Positions 53,696 to 64,000 of a stretch of DNA of 64,000 bases are shown here, piece after piece. The DNA is from Octopus vulgaris (taxonomy: Eukaryota): positions 15,624,001 through 15,688,000 of the forward strand of contig OX597834.1 of assembly GCA_951406725.2 (NCBI GenBank), written 5' to 3'. The translations under genes and the position numbers were made by a program. Position 1 is the first letter of the stretch, and every line of letters starts with the position of its first letter. The notes under the pieces were generated by a model. That model ran no database searches. It was not told the DNA's origin and saw only the letters and a program-made list of their open reading frames with translations.

Positions 53696-53936
53696 ATATT
53701 GTCTTAATCACGCGCTTTTCATTTTTGATAGAGACCTTAAAATCAGCCATTTTCTCCAACCTGATATATTCTTGCATGTCCCTTCTTTTTGTTAAGCTAG
53801 ATTGTGACTTCACACTACCCACCCACCCACCGTGTTTTATGACGTTGGTGGATGCGTTGATGCTGGCAATAGTGATCCTCGTCACCGGTGATGGTGGTTG
53901 TTAGTGGTATAATAGCGTTGGTATTGATGGTATTGA

Positions 53937-54166
53937 GGCGGCGAGCTGGCAGAATCGTTAGCACGCCGAGCGAAATGCGTAGCCGTATTTCGTCTGCCGT
54001 TACGTTCTGAGTTCAAATTCCGCCGAGGTCGACTTTGCCCTTCATCCTTTCGGGGTCGATAAATTAAGTACCAGTTATGCACAGGGGTTGATATAATCGA
54101 CTTAATCCGTCTGTCTGTCCTTGTTCGTCCCCTCTGTATGTAGCCCCTTGTGGGTAGTAAAAAAAT
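53937..54166 (+). mobile_element. Full-length SINE family B
   Basis: ggcggcgagctggcagaatcgttag head, gagttcaaattcc B-box, agccccttgtgggtagtaaa tail; gtattga flanks. Confidence 0.92.
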
Positions 54167-54239
54167 ATGTATTGATGGTGGTGATGGTTGAGTTCTGGTA
54201 CGTAGTGTTAGTGGTGGTGCTAGATGTTTTGCTGTAGAT

Positions 54240-54549
54240 CAGGGGTTTTCAACTGGACTCCGTATGGGCCCCTATGGATCAATATAAGACTCTGCTGTTA
54301 AAAATGTATCTGCAATAAAACAGTTCCACTTCTACAAGACACAAAATATTTTAGCAATTTTTTTCTAATACAATTCCTAATAATATTTAATTCTAGAAAT
54401 ATTTAATTCTAAAAATATTTAATTCTAAAAATATCTAATTCTTAAAAAGAAAATGCTTTTTTAATATACAACGAATGTAAATGGATGCCCAGCAGAGGAA
54501 AATGGAAATCAAAGAACTCCAACGACAAAAGAGTGATTGAGAACTACTG
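54240..54549. mobile_element. Old hAT-like MITE
   Basis: Imperfect TIR caggggttttcaa / ttgagaactactg (10/13); 8-bp TSD not conserved. Confidence 0.45.
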
Positions 54550-54599
54550 CTGCCATCTAACATTGATATCGCTGGTAATGGTGCACGTGCCGGTGGTGT

Positions 54600-55625
54600 A
54601 GCAATAGACTTTAGTTGGTAGTGGTGATGGTGGTGGTGGCGATAGTGATGGTGGAGGTATTGATGCTATAGGTAGTGGTGGTGGTGGTGGTGGTGGTTGC
54701 ATAGTTACTATTGATGTTAGTGATAGTCGTAGTGGTGGTAGTTGGTTTTGATGTTGTTGATGGTGGTGGTTCTTATAGTGATTGTAGTGATTATTATATT
54801 AGTAATTGATGTCGGTAGTGGCGGTAGTAGATTATAGTAGTTACAGTGGTGGTGGTGGTGGTGGTGGTGGTGGTGGTGGTGGTTCAGGCTGTAGTGGTTG
54901 TAATATCAGTAACAGTCGGTGATGGTGGTGGCGTTTCGGAAGTTGACTCGTATCGATGTTGATGACGGTGCTGATGGTGGTGATGATGATGATGATGATG
55001 ATTGTAGCGGAATTGGGTCTGATGTTGGTGGCGATGGCGATGTGGTGATGCTCTGCTATATTCGGTTTTGTTTTTGGTTGTCGTGGTGACGGTGGTGGTG
55101 GTGATGGTAGTGGTGTTGGCGGAGGAGGAGGTGGTGGAGGAGTGTGATGACGCAATCACTTTTCTGACCTTCATAATAACTGGATTTAATTAGAGCTGCT
55201 TTACTTTGATGTAATTGCTTAGAAAATCGTTTACTGATGCTGGTGAGGAAGATGATGATGATGATGATGATGATGACATTGATAGCGATATCGATGTTGA
55301 CATTGATGGCGATAATGCTGATGATGGTGGTGATGATAATGGTACTGTTGATGTTGACATTGATGTTGATAATGGTGCGGATGCTGATGATGATGATGAT
55401 AATGGTACTCTTGATGCTGATATTGATGATGATGCTGTTGTTGTTACTGATGATGCTGTTGTTGTTACTGATGATGATGATGACGACGACATTGATGTTG
55501 CTGGTGATGGTGCTGCTGCTCTTGTTGCTGCAGATGATGATGATGATGATAGTGATGATGATGATGATATTTGTCGTCGTTATTGTCTTGTTGATGGTGA
55601 TGATGATGATGATGATGATGATGAA
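54600..55625. repeat. (GGT)n and (GAT)n low-complexity region
   Basis: Seen directly. Confidence 0.93.
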
Positions 55626-55965
55626 GTGTGTGTTGTCGCTTAATTTTGTTTTTGTTATTGCTGCTGCTGTTGCTCATGCTGTTTAGCCACTGTTTATTCT
55701 CGATCAAAACAATCTATGATCGAACATTAATCCAGCCGTGACCGTCCTATATATATATTTTCCACTGATATACAGAGAATCAAGGAGCATTTTCTCCAAT
55801 GCGTTTTGTTCTTAGACTGTGATCTAAAGAAGAATTTTTTCTTGCTAATTTTTGCAGGTCGAGCGACCACGTAAAAGCTTACCTGTTGCTCAGTTGCGTT
55901 CTTGTTGAGGTAGCGTTGGTGGCACTGGAGAATGTCTAAAGCTCAGTGGGAGAATAATCGGTAGA

Positions 55966-56184
55966 GCGGCGAGCTGGCAGAAACGTTAGCACGCCGGGCG
56001 AAATGCGTAGCCATATTTCGTCTGCCGTTACGTTCTGAGTTCAAATTCCGCCGAGGTCGACTTTGCCTTTCATCCTTTCGGGGTCGACAAATTAAGTACC
56101 ACTTACCACTTACGCACTTAATCCGTTTGTCTGTCCTTGTTTGTCTCCTCTGTGTTTAGCCCCTTGTGGGTAGTAAAGAAATAG
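55966..56184 (+). mobile_element. SINE family B with ggtagag TSD
   Basis: ggtagag at 55960 and 56184. Confidence 0.9.
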
Positions 56185-56490
56185 GTAGAGCATCTTGTGA
56201 TGTCTGACATCAACGCCTGGGATCACTCTGAAGCCAAGTAAGCATTGGTGCTGGAGACACGAAAGCCTCGCATACACAGAACAACTGCTTGTCATTTTAT
56301 TCTTGTCCCAATACATTGGCATACTACGCAGTTTCCCGAGAGGTGAAGGGACAATAATCTAGGACCCCAATACTAATCTATGTATGCAGTAGCTTGTTAT
56401 CAAGAAATAATTACTATAACCCCAAGATATTGCTTTACTCGGGATCTTATAAACCTTTTAGTTTTCCCCAAAAGAAAATCTGACCCACGT

Positions 56491-56526
<36 letters not shown>

Positions 56527-56769
56527 AAAGGTATATTACCCTTAATCGATAAAACTCCTAAATACCATTTTCCATAATCCATTTGCCGGATTATTTATCA
56601 TTCTTACAGTCTTTCAATTTGACGCAGACCAGTAGAGCAACAAGCTCACGTGGTCGGCTGATTAGTTTTGGTCATCAGCACCTAGAAGAAATTTGACTCA
56701 GAACATTAGCAGCTAGGACAGTTACAGAAAAATTCTAAAAATTTTAAATCCTGATATTCTATAAGTCCT

Positions 56770-57020
56770 CAACACCCTCTGGTCTGTCTTAGGGTTTGCC
56801 ACGCGTTCTAAGACAGGTGAGGCCAGATTTTAACGAGGTTTTACCTGGTGTTTAAGAGTGTGAGATTACAACACTCCACACAAAATAGGACACTGGGTTA
56901 ACTTCATTTACAGTTGAGAGCAACGTGAAATGAAACAACGCACTGCTCGGAACGGGAATTGAGACCAGGATCTTACGATTGGGAGCCCACCGCCTTAACC
57001 ACTAGGCCACGCGTCTTCAC
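56770..57020 (-). mobile_element. Diverged head D SINE with a different tail
   Basis: taaccactaggccacgcgtcttcac head; gagcaacgtgaaatgaa core. Confidence 0.6.
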
Positions 57021-57434
57021 CCACCAACTCCTGAATTTTCAAAGAATAAAACGTGAAATTGATCACCTCTGGATTTGAACTCGGTGCATAGAGAGAAGCA
57101 TTGCATTCTATTGGGCGCTCAAACCAACGAGCCAACCACATATATTGTAGACACCATGTAGTGTCGTTAAATCTCGTTACATTTCTGCGGCCCGTTGGCT
57201 CACCCAACTTTTGGTGGAGTGGAATTATATCAGCGACCACACCGGTGACAAAACTTTTTGACACTTCATAATAGACAGTACTATGTAGAAATGAACGAGA
57301 AGTGAATGCCATAGTTTCTATTACATTTCTGCGGCCCAGGGACCTGCACAATTCTAAGAGAAGCGAAATTATATCAGTGACCCCGTATACAACGAACCTT
57401 TTTGGCATTTCATAGTAGACAATATCGCTTATCT

Positions 57435-57840
57435 TCTACTTGTTTCTCATTAGACTGCGGCCATATTGGAGCACCGCCTTGAAGAATTTGAATAGAACAA
57501 ATCAACCCTCAGTACTTTTTAAAGTCTGGTACTTATCCTATCGGTCTCTTTTGCCGAACCTCTAAGTTACGGGGACATAAACACACCAACGTCGGTTGTC
57601 AAATGGTGGTGGGAACCACACACACACACACACACACACATACATACATACATATGTATGATACATGTACATATATACACACACACTTACATATATGAAT
57701 ACACACACACGATTGGCTTCTTTCAGTTTCCGTCTGCCAAATCTACTTACAAGGCTATGGTCGGCCTAAGACTATTGTAGAAAGACACTTTTCCAAGGTG
57801 CCACGCAGTGGGACTGAACCCGGAACCATTTGGTTGAGAA
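57435..57840 (-). mobile_element. SINE family A
   Basis: Matches 11362 copy. Confidence 0.87.
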
Positions 57841-58051
57841 GCATGCACACGTCTGCATACTATAAAAAAATAAACGAAAAATGAATACACAGTCTCTGGT
57901 TGTTTTTATGAGCCAACATTTTTCCTCAATGATACAACATTTCTTGTTGTTATATCGACGAAATGGCCGAATCTGGAGCGCTGTTATTGTTAACGTTGTA
58001 ATTGCTATCATCGTTGTCTTCATTATCATAGTCGTTGTTGTTGTTATACTG

Positions 58052-58255
58052 TTTTACTTGTTTCAGTCATTTGACTGCGGCCATGCTGGAGCATCGCCTT
58101 TAGTCGAGCAAATCGACCCAAGGACTTATTCTTTGTAAGCCTAGAACTTATTCTATCGGTCTCTTTTGCCGAACCGCTAAGTTACGGGGACGTAAACACA
58201 CCAGTAATGGGGGCGGTGGACAAACATAGACACACAAACATATACACACACACAT

Positions 58256-58300
<45 letters not shown>

Positions 58301-58458
58301 TACGACAGGCTTCTTTCAGTTTCTGTCTACCAAATCCACTCACAAGTCTTTGGTCGGCCCGAGGCTATAGTAGAAGATACTTGTCCAAGATGCCACGCAG
58401 TGGGACTGAACCCGGAACCATGTGGTTCGTAAGCAAGCTACTTACCACACAGCCACTC
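58052..58458 (-). mobile_element. Full-length SINE family A
   Basis: Matches 11362 copy. Confidence 0.92.
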
Positions 58459-59184
58459 TTGAGTTGCTATTATTGTTGATGTTGTTATCATCCACGTTGA
58501 CATCGTTGCTGTTATTCTGTTATTTTCTATCTCATTGTTGTTGTTGTTGTTGTTGCTATTCCTTTTTTTATTTTCTCATCATCATCATCATTATTATTGT
58601 TGTTGTTGTTACGGTAGTCGCCATCGTTGTTTTCGTTTCCTTCCAGTTAAAACCGCTACGCTTGATTTCATTATGTTAAACATCAAAGATGGCCGATACT
58701 AATAAGTTCAAAGGGCCAGCTCGGAGTAGGAGGAGGAGGAGGGGGAGGAGAGACTTAAAGTACAGTGGAAGGCAATGAAGAGGAGAAGGTAGAGGAAGTG
58801 GAGTAAACTGTGGGAGGTGGAGAAGAGCGGGTGGGTGGGGCGTCTTATCAGCAACAAAAGGGAGAAAAAAGGTATTTTTGTTGTTATTGTTGTGATTTAT
58901 TGTGTGTTTAGTTACTTTTGTTTGTTTGTTTGTTTGCTTGGTGTGGTTGGGGGGGGGGTATGGAGAGGAGTAACAGGTGGAGGTAAAAAGACTTGAATAA
59001 AGAGGGAGAGAGACGAGAGACAGGGTGACTGATGAGAAAGTGGAGAGAGTGGTAGATTAGGAAAGATGGAAGAGAAAGAGATATATGGGGAGACAGAAGG
59101 ATGGATGGATGGATGGATGGATTCAGGGATACAAGGATTAATGAGAAAGAATTTATGGATTTAAGGTGGAATAGATTTGAGAGG

Positions 59185-59257
<73 letters not shown>

Positions 59258-59469
59258 CGTCTTATATAGAAAGGGAGAGGAGGGAAGAGGTATAGAGAGA
59301 GGAATTTTTATGTATAATCAGAGGAAGTTCTACATATATATATATATACACAAAAATTCTATAATTATGAGTATAATTATAGAGTTCAGCAAAATTTGTT
59401 TCATCAAATACCGAAATTTAGAAATAGCAGTTAAAACTACTATTTCACGACCATAAGAAAATCTATAAT

Positions 59470-59515
<46 letters not shown>

Positions 59516-59582
59516 ATGTATGTGTGTAGACAAGACGGATAGACAAAAGCGAGAAAGATATATATATATATATATATATATG

Positions 59583-59683
<101 letters not shown>

Positions 59684-59734
59684 GGACCGATAGACAAAAG
59701 AGCGAGGAATATATACATGAGGGAGAGAGAGAGA

Positions 59735-59783
<49 letters not shown>

Positions 59784-60089
59784 AAGAAATATATGCATAT
59801 ATAGAGAGAGGAAGAGGTATTAATAAAGTATGGACATGGAAAGAGAGAGAAGGTGAGATAGGAAGGAAGATAACCGTCTGGATTAAAATTTATTGAATAA
59901 AAACATTGGTTGAAGAGACTTAAAGAGAACTTGGATGTGAGGAGGATAATGAGTGTGTTAGATAGACTAGAAGTTGCACGGGTAGAGTGTGAGAGAGAAT
60001 GGGAAAATAGAGAATAGTCGTGAGTATGAGAGAGAGAGAGAAAGAGGAGTTTAAGGGAAAATCAAAATGAAGAAAGCGGCGTCATAGAG

Positions 60090-60670
60090 GCGTCAGCATG
60101 GCTGTGTGGTTAAGGAGCTCGATTCGCAACCAGTTGGTTTCCGGTTCCGTCTCACTGCGCGGAACCTTGGACGGATTTTTTTCTGCTATAAACCCCTGAG
60201 TCTTTCAAAGTTTGGGGAATGGATGTGATGGAGGAAAACTGTGTGGAAGCCTGTGTGGAAGCGGGAATGTTATGAAATAGAAGCGTCAGTGTGGCTGTGT
60301 GGTTAAGGAGCGCGATTCACAACCAGTTGGTTTCTGGTTCAGTCCCTAGGCGTGGCAGCTTGGACGGATGTCTGCTTCTATAAACCCCTGGGTCGACCAA
60401 AGCCTTGGGAATGGATGTGATGGACGGAAACTGTGTTGAAGCCTATCATGTGTATTCTGTATGAGTGGCTTTGTTTGCCCCCCACCCCCCACCGTTTGAC
60501 AACTGGAGTTGTTTTACGTCGTCATAACTTGGCGGTTCGACAAAAGAGTCCGATAGAATTAGTGTCAAACTTGAAAATAAGTACTCAGTCGATATTTTCG
60601 GATAAAACCGTTCGAGGTGGTGCCCCAGCATGGGCGCAGTCGAAAAACTGAAACAAATGACAGATAAAAG
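60090..60670 (+). mobile_element. Old family A-like SINE with locally duplicated 5' half (60090-60260, 60283-60670)
   Basis: Both heads share gcgtcag..tggctgtgtggttaaggagc.cgattc.caaccagttgg and ctataaacccctg. Confidence 0.8.
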
Positions 60671-61164
60671 ATTGGAAGAGAAATTATGCGAACAAGAAAG
60701 CAATGAAAGAGAGAGAGAGTGAGAGAAAGAAAGGGGAGACCGACATGGACAGAGTGAGAGAGAGAGAGAGAGAGAGGAAGGAAGGAAGGAAGGAAGGAAG
60801 GAAGGAAGGAAGGGAGGGAGGGAGGAAGGGGAGATCGACATGGTCAGAGTGAGAGAGAAGGGAGTCGAAACTGTGCAGGAAAATTTCATTAAGAGAGACT
60901 TGGCTGAGAGAAATAAGCGGGAAAAAATTATGAAGAATTATAAGAGAAAATTAATAGAAACTTTATGAATAAAGTGTATAGAGTAATGTGAGGAAGGAAG
61001 AAAAAGAGATAGAGAGACAGACAGACAGAGAGAAGAACCGAAGACAACATTGGAGAAATGGAGAGAATAAGCAAGAATGTAAAAAAGAAGTACTGGAAAT
61101 GAATAAAATAAGAGGATAAGATCCGATATAAGAGAATGTGTGGGAGTGTGAGTGAGACTATTAC

Positions 61165-62164
<1,000 letters not shown>

Positions 62165-63039
62165 GAGACGAGGAAAATTTAGCTGTAAAGAAATACAAAT
62201 GGAGAAATTATAAGAAAGCGAGAGATCAGTAATATGTGATAGGGAGGAGGAAGAGTTCAAAATATGAGAAAGAGGGAGAGAGTGATGAACGAAAGGTATA
62301 GAAGAGAGAGAGAGAAGGAGGAGTGAGAAAACTTTAAGAGGATGAGGTAGGAGGAGGCGGAAAGCGTAAGAAAGAGGGAGAGCTGTGAAAAATCTCAGAA
62401 AATTTATATGTCTATGAGAGAGAGAGAGTGGAGGTGAATGTTAGACAAGGCGTGAGAGGTAGGGAGAAAGACCCAGTGATCTAGAAAGCGTTCAATTTCC
62501 TGCAATTGAAGCGCCATTAACAAGTAGGTTCTATCGTCTGCCAAGAGAATCATGGGAAATGAATGGCTTTTTAGGAAAAATAAAAATGCCAGACAAAAGA
62601 CAAAAATATAAATCAGAAATAAAGAAGTAAAGATGTGGATATTTTTGTTTTGGGGTTCTTTTTATTTATTTTTTTTTTGTGTGTGGATATAAATTGTAAT
62701 GTTAATAGCGATTTTACTAGCGAGAGTAGAAAGGAATGAAGGAGTGATAGAAAGGAGAGAGGAAGAAGGTGCAAAAGCGAGTAAAAGTGATAGAGAAGGA
62801 GTTAGGGCGATGGTTTGGAGAAGCAGAACGGGATTGGATGTGTGTGTGTGGTTGGTGTGTATGTGTATCTGCATGAGTGCGTCAAAAAGAATATTGCTAT
62901 ATATATCTGTGTGGTGTTACTCTCACACACACACACACACGTATACATATACATACATATAATCACACTCTCTATATATACAGATATATATAACCACATA
63001 TGTACAACACACGGATAGATGTATACACGTACATGGCTA

Positions 63040-63540
63040 TTATGCGTGTGTGTATACGTATGTATATATATATATATGTATATATATACGTACATACACA
63101 CTTATGTATCAATATGTACACACACACACACACATATATATATATGCGTACATACACACTTATGTATCAATATGTACACGTACGTACACACACACACTCA
63201 CATATATATATAATATATATGTATGCGTACATACACACTTATATATCAATATGTACACGTACACACACACATATATATAATATATATATATACATATATA
63301 TATGTATGTATGTGTGTGTATGTATGTATGTGTGTGTGCGTGTGTATGTATGTATGTATGTATGTATGTATGTATGTATGTACGTATGTATGTATGTATG
63401 TACACGTGTAAATGTATATATATTTACATGCGTGCATAGATGCGTAAACACATGTCTGTGTGTGTCTCTCTATGTATATATGTGTAGATGGATGGATGGA
63501 TGGACATACATACATACATACATACATACATACATACAGA
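63040..63540. repeat. TA/CA/TATG compound microsatellite
   Basis: Seen directly. Confidence 0.93.
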
Positions 63541-63860
63541 TAATGTAAAAATATAATCTTTTTGAACAACAAAGCTATTTCTTTATGTAGCAAGCTTAGC
63601 AGAAAACAGTTCAGACATTTACAAGCATTTATGGTACGGAATAAATATTCTGTACTTATCAGAATAGTTATGCTGAATTTATATTGATTATTGTAGACCA
63701 ATTAATACTGGTAATGAAAGCTTTGTTTCACATACGCAGTGATATGGGAACACTATCAGATCTTGACTCCAGAACAATGATATATATACACACACACATA
63801 GGTTGCCAAACGATGGTGAAAGCATAAACATACACACACACAAACTCGTATATATATATA

Positions 63861-63903
<43 letters not shown>

Positions 63904-64000
63904 GAAAAATACAAACTAGGACAAGAACGCAAAACATTTAGAAGACGATACAAAAAACACGGACGGGACATTCGAAGCCTCAATCTTCAGTCAAGAACCG

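Noticed and set aside
55190-55707. Asp-rich ORF resembling an acidic biomineralisation protein
   Set aside because: (GAT)n-derived, open in several frames, no ATG start or signal peptide
63900-64000. Minus-strand CTGAAGA...CGAA in a TA-abutting segment at the window edge
   Set aside because: Stems do not close and the element is cut off; probably a repeat end but unsupported here

Overview
Eukaryotic, AT-rich, gene-poor DNA made almost entirely of microsatellites and transposon debris. The SINE set and microsatellite load suggest an octopus genome (inference from recall, not a search). No host protein-coding exon is supportable; nearly all listed ORFs are microsatellite or SINE artefacts. 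Recognisable content: dozens of tRNA-headed SINE copies from about four head families with interchangeable tails; dead mariner/Tc1-superfamily transposons; a non-autonomous Helitron; and fragments of RTE, CR1, R4/Dong-like and L1/Tx1-like LINEs. The most striking signal is a set of short, mostly unrelated non-coding inserts, mainly lodged in (TA)n tracts, that carry type I hammerhead ribozyme motifs with palindromic stem III and/or long fold-back inverted repeats. These include one fully canonical hammerhead (39676-39759), a mirror-image pair (43996-44287) and several core variants (U4C, A6U, G3:C8). This fits remnants of Penelope-like or retrozyme-like elements that favour TA repeats. All structures were folded by eye; activity is untested.
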